Below, piece after piece: positions 1 through 14,231 of a stretch of DNA of 64,000 bases. Position numbers and translations under genes: made by a program. Each line of letters opens with the position of its first letter. Position 1 is the first letter of the stretch. The notes beneath the pieces are model-generated. The model ran no database searches and was not told the DNA's origin. It worked only from the letters and a program-made list of their open reading frames with translations. The stretch spans positions 62,001-126,000 of the forward strand of contig MNCI01001882.1 in NCBI GenBank assembly GCA_015680685.1, read 5' to 3'. Origin of the DNA: Gnetum montanum (Eukaryota; Plantae; Gnetophyta).

Positions 1-87
1 ACACCTCTAATCTCGATTGGTTTGGTGGGCCCTATGATCGTCTTTGTTTCTATGGTCATCTCCATCATGGTCATGTCATTTGTGGCT

Positions 88-771
88 TCATTCGGATCTA
101 GAGGAGGAAGAAGAGGATGATGAAGGTGAAGAGGAAGGAGGAATAGCATTGTGGTGCCTACCACCTCCTCTTCGATGGTCACAACCATGATCATCATCAT
201 GATGCTTGCCCCTGTCCTTGCCATGACTCCCATCTTTGGATCCTCCATGATCATGAGATCCATTCTTTCTTGAACTAGGATTTTTTATGGTGGACTGTAA
301 GTTTTGGTTCAAGCCCCCTTCATCAAAACCAATGGAAGAAGAGTTAGTGAAATGAGAACCCTCAAATACGAGATCCTCACTATCTTTTTGGCCTAGCAGG
401 AATAAGGAGTTATTGAACCATTTCCCCTTCATAGCTTCATGGTGCTTCTTCTGTTGCCAATTGATTTTACATTATGCCTCAATGAGATGGTAGTCCTTAA
501 AGTTGTGGTCCTACACAACATATTTAGCATGGAGCCCCTAGATGTCCAACCTTATAAGAGTTTGTTGAAGCATCATAGGAACTAATTAATCAGGTAGCAA
601 CACAATGTTATCCTCCATGTTCCTCCACTGCATCTGATCATCCTGATGTAGGATGAAGGTGAAGTCAGGAACATACTCATCAGGATGAGTATATACCACT
701 TGGCATTGTTGGGGAACTAGTTGATTTGATTGTTCATTCCTTTGATTATATGTGTGCTCAAATTTTGGCAA
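88..771 (-). pseudogene. Degenerate low-complexity (His/Asp/Ser-rich) ORF fragments, possibly the N-terminus of a gypsy gag
   Basis: RHHNAIPPSSSPSSSS and HDHDGDDH resemble KHRHGDGSPSSSPSSHH and HDRDDHD at the start of the gag at 26071-26398. The similarity is compositional only. Confidence 0.3.
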
Positions 772-1309
772 AGAATTATCCTGTGGGAAGAAGTCATTTT
801 GGATTAAAAAAATACCAGTGTGATTTTTATGATTATTATTGTTATTTGAATGATTTCAACTTTAAGGTTCAATCCAATAATGTTGAATAAATTTCACATA
901 ATGTTGAATAAATTTCACTAAGTCCTAGATAGCACATGTATCAAACTAGAGAATCAATGCAAAGTCATTGAAAATGGTTGGTTTTGATATGGACTAAGGA
1001 TGGACTTTATCGAGTCATTTAAGCACAAAATCCACAAGGGACTTCATGTGACCACAAGATGAACTCCATTCCACCTTCTCTCTCATCCATTAATGCTTCT
1101 TGTGATTCACCTCACTATTGGTTTTCCATGTCTTGTTCAATGTCTTAGTTTGATATGTTAAAATTCTTAGGTAGATTCTTTTGTATTAGGTTCTTAATTG
1201 GTGCAACCAAGAGATATGCAATTGGATCCTCCTCATAGCAGGCTCATACCCTTTTTGCTTATGCATACCCTCAAATCTAAGGAGGTCCAAAAATCTATGC
1301 CTAAGTGTT

Positions 1310-3851
1310 AAACTTTGGACCTTTCTTGGAGTTTGTGCCTCTAGAAGTCAAAGCCCAATTCCAAACCTCTCCCATGTGGTCCATCATCACTTCAAGTGAG
1401 AAGTGGTACAAGGGAGAGACACATATTTTCTAGAACAATCAATAGGCCAGTTCAATCATCAAAATCAAGGACATTTCAGTGTCCTACTTGGTGAAAGAAA
1501 TTTCAAAGGTCCTTGGATTACCAAAAATTAGGGCCAATCTTGCTAATATTCCAATGTAGGTAGATCCTAACAACAAGAAAGAATGGACACAACAATTCTA
1601 TGGAGTATATTGTAAGGATTTTGGTGCACTTACCATGGTAAAACATGCATATTTCAAGATTGTAGCTTTTCACCTCAATCCAACTATGAGGCCAAGAAAA
1701 ATCACAACTTTCTCCACTTGTGTGTGTGCCACTCTAAGTGGTAGATTCATGATAAACCTTCCATAGCTGATTTATCTTAAGATAGAGAAGAACTTAAAGG
1801 AAAACAAATGTGGAAGGAAGACACTTCCTTTTCCATGCCTCATTAGAAAACTTTGCAATAGGGGAGGCATAACCTGGTACACAAATGATGCTTTCCAACA
1901 AGCTTCAACCACCACCACTTGGGTGAAAATGATAAAGGACAAGGTACATGAAAAAGTTATTTAAGAAGAGTAGCAACCACTACCTCCACCACCCACTCAC
2001 AAAATAACATTGAAGACCCACACTACCATTGAATGCATGCATAAACTTTGAGAGTAACTCTTGCAACAACAATAATAGTAGTAAGCAAGAATGAGTCATG
2101 GAGATCCATCTGTGTATAGATCAGCAATGAGCCACCTTAATGAAGTTGCTTGAGCCATAAGCTAGATAAAAGGTAGGGTGCAAATTTTCTTAATCTAAAG
2201 AATGCATATGCCTACAAGGTTAAATCCAAGTACGTGAGAGCTAACGATATCCCTCTCACAATAGCAGCAATTCCCAGAAATCTCTAAAACTCTTGCTACC
2301 TTTTTAGTGCATTTGGAGAAGGGTGAGAAGGCAAGTATCCTAGTGATGTAGCACAATGGATACATTATGGTGGCTGAAGTGGTTGCTAACAAAGTGATTG
2401 AAGTACTTAATGCACCTACAATGTCTATACTAGATATTTCTATACTCAGAGATGTGTAGACATTTATAGGAACTCTCAACCATTGATTGAATGTAGCCCA
2501 ACATGGGGAATTTTTGGATCAATTAATGGAAATTGGACAACTAATTTCAAATTTCTTTGATCTTTTGAAAACCATCACTGCAACCTAGTTGGAAATGCTT
2601 GAGGAAATCAGCAATTGCATTATCTTGGAGGGGCAACTTGAAATAGCCAGATCACAAAACCAATGCTTGGCTACAAAAGTTGTCAATTTAAGAGTCCATC
2701 TAGTTGATCTCGTGCTTCTCAACCAATTAATAACACACAATGAATATTTTCAATAGTTTCAAAAAAGACTTAAAGAGGTTAAGGATGCTAAGGAGTTAGC
2801 AGTCATTAACTAGTCCTTGGTCAATGCCATAACGTATAACATCCAAAAGGACTTGATCCAGACTCATTAGAAGAATGAGGTCCTGACCATAGAAAATCAT
2901 TGACTATAGAATGTTGATGCATAGAAGTAGTAAATATTAGAATTCATCCATCAACAGTAGCTTAAGCTAGCTAGTGTGAACGTAAAATTGAGAAAATTGA
3001 TAGTAGAAAATAGAAACCTCTCCATGAAGGAATTCCGTGGCTTGCACGAAAAATATTTAATCAAGATTGTCACTTGGAAGAATGAGGTCCTAAAGTTTGA
3101 AAGAGTGAATAATCACTATAGGAACTAGGTACGATTGTAGAAGTAAATCAATAAAAAGCAAATCCAAATGATAAAGGAAAAAGTCAATGAGGCCCTCTAA
3201 TAGCTCAAGGAAGGAGGTGACATCTAGCAGCCTATCTTTGATGGGCTAAATAGCTACAACAAGGTAGAAATTCACATGAAAGAGTTGCAAATTGAGGAGA
3301 TGACTAAATACATAGAGCTTGTCAATCTTTGTTATGAAAACCTAGTGATGCTAATTGCTAGAAGGTTGTGGTCAGAGTTGGAAAAATAAGTGGCCAGCTC
3401 GTACTTATTGTACAAGGTAGAGTTCATACATCATAAAGAGACTAAGAAAAAGCTTGAGATTGTGAACGTAGAACTTAAGGTTCTCAAGGTGAAGTTCACT
3501 AATCAAAGATCAACTGTTGAGGACCTAGCAAAAAGAATGAACTATTACAAGGAGGTACAAAATGCACTTAGAATGTTTGACATTGAATGCAAACAATTCT
3601 CTGATTGGTTTGTGAATGTGAAGGAGCTATTCTCTACAATGCACTATCATTGGGATATTTCCATTTTGGCCCATATTAGTGAAGCCATGTGGACCTTCAA
3701 TGATCCTTGGAGTAAGGAGGAGAAGATGAAGGCACTGTTGGACACCATTAATCTTCTACCAAAATTTGCAACTATTGTAGGACAACCACAACAACCACCT
3801 CAACCACTGCATGCACTTGAAGCAGGAGAAGGTTCTTCAAAGCCTCAATAG
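1310..3851 (+). pseudogene. Degenerate extra ORF of a non-chromovirus gypsy element: putative plant transposon protein (Transposase_32-like) followed by a long coiled coil
   Basis: Manual translation gives ...KEISKVLGLP...FKIVAFHLNPT...INLP*LIYLKI...KTLPFPCLIRKLC (LPFP.LI..LC motif). A K/E/L-rich helical region runs to the stop at 3851. There are many in-frame stops, and it lies directly upstream of a PPT-like tract and LTR. Confidence 0.65.
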
Positions 3852-4100
3852 CCTCCATCTCCTTAGAACAATTAAACTTCATCATCTTCATGCCATTCAA
3901 GGAGTTGTGTTTATTAGTGTTGTCATGGTGTTCAATTTTTTTTCCTAAACACCAAAATTTTATAATGATTGTAAAACCATACACTTGGGCACCTAGTTTT
4001 TTTATGTTTGTTTTGTATGTCTGTAGTCAATCAATAATCCCATACCTTTTCAAACTTTGTAAAGAACTCAAGGACAAGTTTTCATTCAATTATGGAAATA

Positions 4101-4881
4101 TGATTTGTTAGTCATTGGGCCATGTTGATGTAATCCTGTTGATGTAGAGTTTGAACTGTTGATGTGTACCCATCAATGGGACACCATATTTTGGCTTATA
4201 AATGTGTACCTAACCACCACATTTATGGCATTCCTTTCATAGTTGTAATGAAAAGCTTGCAGTTTTTCCTCTCAAAAGTTAGAATATTTTCTAAGTGCCT
4301 ATAGTAGGAGTCAAAGAGTGTATAGATCTTTATTCAAGCACTATTGTACCTAAGCTCTTCAATGTGGACAAAAATAAAGATAAGTTTTTTTGATAACAGC
4401 ACTTGCACTAGATTAATTATTTTACTTAAGAATTTAATGTTTAAGAAATTTACTTCAATGTTTTTAAGTAATTAAGTAATTAATTAACTAATAATGATTA
4501 AATAGTAGTAGATAAGTATGACGACTTCGAGCATACATATAATGCTTGGTAATCCCTGTAACACTTAATGATTGATAACCCAGTAGCACTATATGTGTTC
4601 AAGATTTGTATGATAAGTGGGCGTAGATGCTTCTGTTAGGATTAGATAAGTGATAAATAGTTATTAGATTAGTTAAACATTAAATTAATTTATTCTTTAT
4701 TCTTTTTCTTAGGTGATTTATTTCATAAAAGAGAAAATGATAAAAATCATATACCTTAGTTACACTTAACCATACACTTGCACTTCACAAGTGGAACTAA
4801 AGTCTATGGAATTTGACTAGATCACTAAGTTAACTCTTGTGATTCATATGGTTGGACATAGGGTATACTCGCTACTCATCA
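4101..4881 (+). mobile_element. 3' LTR of an Athila-like Ty3/gypsy element (same family as LTR 21097-21707)
   Basis: Termini are TGAT...CTCATCA with a TATA at ~4197. The upstream AACTCAAGGACAAGTTTTCATTCA matches the sequence before the other LTR. Internal blocks (TAGAATATTTTC..GTAGGAGTC, TCTTTATTC..TTGTACCT, TTCATATGGTTG..CTCATCA) align with the reverse complement of 21097-21707. Confidence 0.8.
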
Positions 4882-7870
4882 AATGTAATACTCTATACCT
4901 ATAGGATGCCCATATGCGCATGTTAGACTATTCTATGTGATGTTCATGATAGTCAATGTTTAGTTTGATCAACTAATTCACCATACATGAATGGTATGAT
5001 AGAGTTGGTTGATCATCTGTACATGTTATGTTCTCTAATGTGACCTTATCAAGCATCCATGCTCATCTATATCTTTGTCTTAGTTATATTAATTGTGAAA
5101 ATAGTAGGTTTCTCATCCATGCATGTTCATGCATGAGTGTTATTTTAATCATGATATGACATGTAATAATCTATCCCTATAGTATTCTCATGTCAATATT
5201 GATTTAGATGTAATACTTTATGCTTATAAAATTCCTATCCATGCATGTTAAACTAATCTATGTGAGGTTCATGATAGTTCATGCTTAGTTCAATCAACTA
5301 GTTCACCATGCATGAACAGGAGGATAGGGTAGGTTTCTTGTCCATGCATGTTATGTTCTTTGATGTAACCTTATCAAATGTTCATACTTATCTATATCTC
5401 ATGCCTAGTTATATCAACTGTGGAAATAGTAGGTTGCTCATCCATGCATGTTCATGTATGAATGTTATTTCAGTCATGTTATGGCATGTAATAATCTATC
5501 CCTATGGTATTCCTATGTGAGTCTTGATATTATATATAATACTCTATACCTATAGAATTCTTGTCCATTTATGTTAGAATATTCTATGTGAGGTTCATGA
5601 TAGTTCATGCTTAGTTTGATCAACCAATTTACCACACATAAATGATATGATAGAGTAGTTTTCTCATTCATGTATGTTCATGTATGAATGCTCTATGAGT
5701 CATGCCTTTTTATGTTATGTCTTCTAATGTGATCTTATTGATCATTCATGCTTATCTATATCTTTTGCCTAGTTTGATTAATAGTGGAAATAGTAGGTTT
5801 CTTATTCATGCATGTTCATGTATGAGTCTTGTTTGAGTCATGTTGACACATATAATATACTATCTGTTGGCACATTTTGGCCATTTCATGGAACAGGTGG
5901 ACTATCTTATCAAAAATTGGAACACCTTGGTGTTGGTACATGATAAAAATATGAAAATGCATAGGGTAAAACTAGAGAAGAGTGCTCATCAAAATCAAAT
6001 GTAGATGATGAACATGATGCTAGCAATTAAGAAGAGTGGGTAAACAGTGAATCAAAATAAGAGAAGTGATATAGATGATGCATCGCTGATGCGGAAGCAA
6101 GTGCTATAGCTCTTTAAAAAAAACTGGTTCCATATGGGTTGAAAGATTTTTAAAAGAGTGTTTCAAGTGAGGATGCTGAAGATAATAAAGCATCCAAAAA
6201 TTTGTTCAATAAAGTTATGTGAGTAGCCATATCTATACAATTTTTTATTCTTGAAAATGAAAATTCAAGAGATATTATAAGGATACCATGATTATAAAGA
6301 ATGGTTATAAATAACAATGGTTTGGAAGACCACTTTTACGAGTGAAAAAATCGCCAGCCCCGTGGTGCTTATCGCAGCGTAGCCGAGCACTAGGAAAACC
6401 ACCATCGCCATGGGCATGGCCAAGTCCCTGGGCAATGAAACCCCCTTTTCCATGAGGGTCGGCAGTGAGAGATGAGAAAAATCAAAACCCTCATCCACAC
6501 ATATCATACACAGAAATAGAGTTGCGTTTCGTTGAAACCCCAGTCTCATTACCAAATTTTCTTGCTCCCATTGATAATATCAAGGAATCTCCATCAAATT
6601 AAACTACCCCATTCTCTAGCATATCACATGCCTGTTATGATCACACAACACTTGGGGGGGACTACTAAACAACACTAGAGCACACACTTGGGGGGGACTA
6701 CTAGCTCACACTTGGGATCACTCACTTTGGCTCTTGGAAGAGCATTTGTAAAGAAGAAATCGTGAAAGATTGCTTGTAAGATGACTAGCTAAAGAAAAGA
6801 TTTCAGCCTCTTTTTCATAGTCCTGTGAGTTATGTTTTATTTTTATTTTGTTTAAATTGTTTAGCTAGTGGTTTAGATAGTATCATCCTTGGCAAGTAAT
6901 TTTTGGATTTTTAGATTGCTCTTATTGTTCTTGTTGCATAATTGAAAATTTCTATTAAAATTTTTCCATAGAAGCGCTTGTGTTTGAAATCCTTAAGAGA
7001 ATTTTAGTAGTGAATTTGATTATTGCGCAACGTATAAGAACTACTATTGGGATTGTTGTAAGAGAGCCTCTGCTTGTAGTCATGCCATTGAATGATTCAA
7101 TAGTCAAGAGGGTTCAAAAAATATTTGGTATTTTGATGGGACCAGAATAGCTTCTTTTATCTTTAAAGTGAATCTCCGTGGTATTTTAATCAAAAATTGT
7201 CAAGTCTTTTGAAGGTTTTGTTGAATGCAATTGTTGACATCCATTATCTAGTCAAAATGGAGTCTCGTACGTGATAGTTTACGCAGCAATTTTTTGGTAG
7301 CATAGTAGGATTGTCTTGAAGAAATTGCTTATTTGAGCCTTGAAAGTTTGAACAATTTGTAGTTATTGAATTTGGGATAGCCTTACTGTGAAGTGTTTAC
7401 TCGTATCATTTTACCTTGTTTAAACATTTGAGGTCTTAACACAAATCTNCATTAAATACTAAGTCTATTTGGAGGTATTTGGGCCTTGGTATTGCCAGAG
7501 ACCAGCAAGCACCTAAATCCTGTTTAAGGACACTCGTTGGTGGTCACGTCCCAAACGGTCGCCAACACTATCCCTATGATATTCCTATCTAAGTCCTCAT
7601 ATGAGATGTAACACTCTATACCTATAGGATGCTTGTTTTGATATGAGATGTAATACTCTATACCTATAGGATTTCCATCTGTGCATGTTAATCTCTTCTA
7701 TGTGAGGCTTATGATAGTCCATGATTAGTATAATAAAGTAGTTTACCACACATGAATGGTATGATAGAGTAGCTTGCTCATCATGTGTTCATGCATGTAT
7801 GGTTTGCAAGTTGTTCCCGTTCATGTTATGTTCTCCAATATGACCTTATCAATCATTCATTCTTGAATGA
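4882..7870. repeat. ~325-bp tandem repeat (units start ~4883, ~5209, ~5535; resumes 7568-7870), interrupted by a solo LTR
   Basis: Recurring blocks ATGTAATACTCTATACCTATAG..., GTGAGGTTCATGATAG..., CATGCATGTTCATG. The register continues across the insertion (CTATCCCTAT). Confidence 0.85.
5865..7567. mobile_element. Solo LTR (~1.7 kb) with 5-bp TSD
   Basis: 7-bp inverted termini TGTTGGC...GCCAACA. TSD CTATC at 5860-5864 and 7568-7572. No coding domains inside. Confidence 0.9.
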
Positions 7871-8189
7871 GTATTTAGTAGATCAAATACCAAATTGCAT
7901 AATGCTTAAACTTAGTATATGTTATGACATGAACTAAGTATTTTTCATATATTGAGGTTTCTCAAATTAGAAGCATTATATATTTTACAATAATATATTC
8001 CTTACGACCTTATATATGCTATCTCATTTCTATCGTTTATGTTAACATGCTTTCTTGGAGTGGATATTACAACAATAGTTACATTTTATCTTTTCATTTT
8101 TATACTTTCATCACATGAATTTATTATGTATACATAACTTAGGTTGCTCAATTATGCACATTGAAAATCATTTTTTTCTCAATGATAAT

Positions 8190-8445
8190 GTTTGAACATC
8201 CATCTCATCACATAATCATTTTATTTTATTTTCTAATGGTTTTCCTAATCATGCATGTTATGATATACTTATGTTGGACCATATCAATTGTGGGTTGTCA
8301 TAGCGTCCATTTTTTCAAGATACTTGATCATTTATATTATGAAATATTTTTTAAATAATGTACTTATTTCAACTTCCATCTCATCGCATAACCATTTTTC
8401 TTTATTTCCTAATGGGTTGCTCAATCATGCATGTTATGATATGGG
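8190..8445. repeat. Degenerate direct duplication (~75-bp core, ~175-bp period)
   Basis: CCATCTCATC(A/G)CATAA..TTTT...TAATGG...AATCATGCATGTTATGATAT occurs at ~8200 and ~8375. Confidence 0.65.
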
Positions 8446-11400
8446 TGATGATGTTGAAATAGTTTGATTTTCTTTGTTAGAGGATCATATTGGAAAAATT
8501 GTAAAGAATGTAAATACTAAAATGAATCCAACTAAATCATGGTACTTGTTAGCAATGAAACTAGAGGGATGACATAAGGATGCATATAATTTTATAAAAC
8601 ATATGGACAATCATTCATACAAGGATTAGGGAATTATGATGATGGTAATTGTTGAAAACAATGAAATAATTTATATTTAGTTAGAAATACTACATAGTGG
8701 ATAGTTTATTCTTAGAACTATGGACATACAGAGAACAAAGTCAAGTGTCTTCATGAGAAAATAAGGCATAGACAAGATTGACTCAAACTTTTCTGAGTAA
8801 GAGGTTGTTTCCTATGTCAAAATATTCCTATAGTAGAGTAGGGTTATGAAAACATCATTGGTTGTATTATAGATGCATAATCATAGAGCTAGAGAGGGAA
8901 ACTCTAGTAGATTATAGAAAAGCTAGCTCTAGATCTATTGTTAAATTATATTTACATTATTAACAAGGACCTATGATAAGTCATATTTGTAGATCTTGTA
9001 TAAATCTCATTAGCAACCAACAATTTTTCTTAAGATTTGGAGTTTATTTGGGAGATCAAAGCTATAGAAGAATCCTTTCTACAATGCTACCAATTTTTGG
9101 TAGGGTAAATTTGGTTTTTAACTCTTGTTAATGGGTTTTGATAAATTTTAATTTTAGGCCCATATATCTTTTTTTGATTTTTTTTGTTTAAAACCTATTT
9201 GTTAAATTTTCTAAATTCTTATATTTGAATATTTTATTATTTATTTTTGCAATTTTATTAATTTCAAAAATTTATTTTCATGCATGGAATGTTAGTTATT
9301 TTTTGACTAAGTTTGACTACATTTTAACTACTTTTGACCATGTTTTATCTTTATGAAAATTCTATTGAAATTTCACCTATAGAATTATAGTTTCAAGCTT
9401 TTCTTCTTTTTTGGTTCATGGATTAAAAGATAATGTTAACCATCATTCTGACATGAATCCCAAGAAAAATTTCATAGTTCATTGAAACCTATTTTTGAGG
9501 TTGTAACATAGGTCATGGTGGATGATGTCAACATTTTTGGACACATGATGAAAAATTCAGTAACTTTTTGTAAAGTGATGTCTAGCCTCCAGGTATCTAA
9601 GAAAATAGTGAAAACATAGCTTTTAGAACTTGAAATGTCTCAAAATCTAAAAATAGTCACTAATGATATTCTAACATTTTTAGTGGCTTAGAGGCCTTTA
9701 GAAGCTTAAATTACTTTATAGGCATTTTTCTACATTGTTAGACATTCATTTGAACTCACCTTTTAATCTTACCTTAGTTTTACCTTTAGAACATTGACAA
9801 TTTGATTCTTGATCTTTGAACTCTTTTTTTTTTCCATATAAATGTTTGGATATGTCTTCCCACCACCTAGGAATTTGTTTGTTTATTGAATTTTATATTT
9901 GATTATTTAACATTAATTACAGTAATAATATATGGTGACTATGCATGAAGCATATCATAGTATTAGGCCAAATACTTATGTGTGAAGCATATCATAGTGA
10001 GCATCATCTATCTATAATGACTATAGTTGAAGAATATCACAGTGGTGATTTGAGTACTTATGCAGTTAGCATATCTAAATAAGTAAAAATTTGTTTAGTA
10101 GATTTATTTTATGGGTTAATGGATTGTGGTGGAATTTTTAGTTTTTTTAATTATTTATCAAATTTTTATTATCATTATTATTTGTTCTCTCTTTAGTTTT
10201 TATTTGTATTTGTTTGACTAACATTTGTTGGCAACTATCTCATGTACATGACTACCTAGCTACCTGATACCTCCAACAAAATTCATAAAGTATTTTGACA
10301 GTTGATTATCTTAAGTATTAGAATTAATTCCCTTGGTAGCTATCTTAGTTGTGATGTGAGGGATTTAGAGGAGGTAGTTGATTAAATTTCTATGTTAGTT
10401 CTAGACTACTTTTACTATTATTAAGTCATGATTCTATGTTGTAATGTTTAGCTATGATTGGTAAATTTACTATCTTATATATGAATGTTTATTGTTCTTT
10501 GTTTTTCCATGGTGTAGGTTAACTTTATTTTGATCTTTAATTACATTACATTAATTACTATGTAGCTATTAGAATTTGACTAATATTTATTCAACATTAG
10601 AGCCCAATGCTATTTTTAATGTATTAGAAATTTCAACATTATATTTATATGTAATTCTATATTTTATTTCCACTATAAATTTCTAACATTGTTATTATAA
10701 TTTTTGGCTTGGACAATAGGGTATGTCATATTCTTCTTAGTGTAAAGTTAGGTTTTGTTTACATGGGGCTACTATCACTATATTTTTTATAGCATTTTAC
10801 TTTTTACAGTGTTTTTCTTGCCCCTATGTGCATACTTCATGGATGTATACTAATTTTTTATTTAAATTTTCTTTTCATTCATTTAATTTTTATTAAGAGG
10901 AATTTTATTTTCCCACATTTTTACATTTTTGTCTAAATCATGGTTAGTGGGTGCTATACTAATGTATAATATTTTCACATGCATTATAATGATGGGAATG
11001 GCTCAGATGCTATAGGAGATATTCTATCATATGATTGATGTTATGTTCTTATAAGCTCATTTTTTATTATGTTATAAATGAGTGAGATGTTGTTTGTAAG
11101 TGTATGAGGATGGGATGATGAGCTATTGGGGCATGTGAGTTTTGGTCTTTGATGTCATTAGACAAACATTATTTACTTTTATGTGCTAGTTTCTTCTATG
11201 TCATTTCCTTTTACTATTTATGCCTTATATGCTTTCTAGTAAATTATCTAAACTATTTTTTAAGTTATCTCTCATATTTATTATAATGTACATATTTTAT
11301 ATGTTGGATTGTATAACTACTAAATTTCATACTTTTCTCCTTTACTCTAATTAATTATGAGTATAGTTTTGAACATAACCAAAATAGAAAGAGATTGAGA

Positions 11401-12229
11401 ATATTAATTTTAGTATATATTTTAAAACTTGAAAAATGATAATTTCTTAATTGTATCTTTATTTGACCATTTTTTTAGGTGGCAAAAGAGTATATGTCTT
11501 TATAATGAAAGGCATATTTGGGAGTTATTTTTATGTTGTAACTTTCAAAAGCAATTTAAAAAGATGTCTTGTTAAATTTCAACATAGTATTAGTCAAAAG
11601 CACTTTACAAAGTTTTGTAATACATTAAGATCTTTGAAAAAAATAATTTTGTAATCAACAATATTCTTTTCTTTAGATAAATTTATTTTATAACTTGGTA
11701 TTCTTTGACCTTTTGATCATAATGATTTGTTCCTTAATTATGAACAAATGTACTTTTCTTCTTTCTTTTTTATTAAAAATAATACATATTGACTTGGTAC
11801 TAGCAAAACCTTTAACATGACAAGGGATTACAACTCATTATAATCTACACAACACTTCGTTATGATTTGTAATGCAACATTCTAACTAACTCAAAATTTG
11901 TTACAATTTGTAAGAATGATTAACCTTACAAATCCTAAGATATTCTTCTTACTTAACTGATCTAACTTAACAACTATCACTTATGAATCAAGATAATATA
12001 TGAATTACTATCAAACACTCTTCCTTAAGTCATACTTTTTTTTCTTGAATTCCTCATGCTCTATGTGAGCAATGTGAAGTGATAGAAATATGATAGAGAT
12101 GTTGAAGGGCATCTTCTCCAAGCACAATATCAAATTCCTTTTGTAGTCTCTATAGTCTCATATTCACTTTAGATTGTAAGGTAAGGATATCAGTAAATGA
12201 TACTTTTGGAAAATATCAAATGATTGTTT

Positions 12230-13530
12230 AACAAGAGATTTTCTAAAGCCATCAGATTACTAGGATTTGCTAGTTATATACTGGACATGCATATATTTCT
12301 TCACATATTTCTCTCTTACGAAGTGAATGTTTGTTTTCATATGTTTACTTTTCTCATGATAGACTAGATTCTAAACAATTTTGATTACTACTTGATTATT
12401 TTAATGAATCATGATAGGTTTCAAAAGATCAATACAAATCTTTGTGAGGACTTTTTCTATCCATATTACATCTTGAATGGTTTCTTGTAATGCGTAGTAT
12501 TTAGCTTTTATGAATAAGAGAGATATAACTCTTTGTTTACTACTCTTTGAACTTATAGGATGTCATAAACTTGAATTATAAATCATGTATTGGAATGTCT
12601 ATCAATCATATCATCATCATAGTATATATCTATATATACTTCATGACTTTTGATGATGATGCTTTAAAGACTAGACCATGAGTCAATGTGCCTTTAATGT
12701 ATCTTAGCATTATGAATGCTACTTGAATTTTATGATAATTTGGTCTTTGTAACACCATGACTAGTTGATTTATTACATATTAAATTTTCAATCTCATGTT
12801 CATAAGATACATAAGAGCTTTAGTGACTTATCAATATTGAGTGGGGTTAATACTTTCTCATGCAATACTATCTTAAATCTAAGGATCACTAGAATATTAG
12901 ACTCTTTGCATTCAACCATACTATATTTTTCCAATAGATTAGTTGTATACTCATTTAGGCTAATGTTATATCCTCTAACTTTTGTCTTAATTCCATTCCC
13001 AAGTAATAATATGCAAAACCAAGATTTGAGCTATTAGATCATAAGGACAATTAATGCTTGGATTTTTCTATGACATGGACCTCCATTGTTGCTAGTAATG
13101 TGTTGTGAACATGAAAGAATAGAAGCATTAGAATCTTTTATTCCTTCTTAAATATATAATATTACTATCGTTTTAAGAATTAATAAAATAATAATTAATC
13201 AAGAACTAATCAATCTATTGGTACCATAATCTTGGTGAATGTTTTAGTCCATAAATAACCTTTCATAATTTGCATACAAGCTTTTCATCTTTTATAAATC
13301 CTTCAGGTTGCTCCATATAAATTTCTTCTTGTAAATCTTCATAAAATAAGGACAATTTAACATCAACTTGATGAATTTTCCATTTTATCTTAGTATTCAA
13401 GGAGGTGACTATCCTAAAGGTTATATTTTCTCATAATCAATTCCTTTAATTTTTGAAAATTCTTTGGCTACCGATCAAGCTTTATATTTATCTAGTCTTT
13501 TATCATCTTTTAATTTGGTCATAATGATCT
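12230..13530 (-). pseudogene. Ty1/copia reverse transcriptase-RNase H relic
   Basis: Minus-strand translation gives LDKYKA*SVAKEFSKIKGIDYE and WKIHQVDVK...EDLQEEIYMEQPEGF...LVCKL*KVIYGLK.SPRLWY, with a decayed RNase H (SSKQ.VIS, HFVREK). Confidence 0.85.
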
Positions 13531-14231
13531 AGTGATTCTTAAGGGGTTTTCTCTATTTTGAATAGGGTACAGATTCACATACTCCTCTCTTTTGAGTTAA
13601 AAAAGTTGGATAATGTTTTTGAGCATTATATACACATTGGTGGCCGAATAATGTTGTTGCAGTGAACAAATTTTGAAACCCTAGAAACACTCCTGATGCT
13701 GTTGCAGCCATTGTGGGCCTGAACCCACCTATCGCTGCCATTGCCCTATGTGCCCTGTGTAGGCTGAAGTTGCCCTGGGCGCAGTAGCTGGGCTCTACCT
13801 GCGTGCTACCGCTAGTGGTAGTCTACGTGTTGCCACTGAAATTACTTGTGTGTGCGCTACCACCGCTAGAGAATCCAACCTGAGCATCCCCATCCTCCCA
13901 AGTGTTCTTGCCACAGTTGCCATGGTTTTTGAAAGGATCATTTCCAATTACCAATATTCAAAAAACCTAATTTAGTGTAGGATCCACGCGTTCAGGTTTT
14001 GGTTTTTTGGCAGGGCCACGGTGGCTATGGTGTGCCCATGTGGCATAGTTCCACGCTACATTTTTCATTCTAGTTTTTTTCGAAACAAAAAGACACAGTG
14101 TCTAGGAAGGAAACAATAGACAACCCCAGATCTAGGTAGATTTGACTGCAGTGCTTGCCATTTTGTCTACCGTTGATCTTTAACTCAGGATTCTGGTGCT
14201 TTACGGCCAGATTACCAATGTTGAGCCTATT

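Noticed and set aside
7900-12200. Short hydrophobic ORFs (8161, 11451) and possible host exons
   Set aside because: Extremely AT-rich DNA with no recognisable motifs or consistent splice pattern. They are probably chance ORFs in old TE debris.
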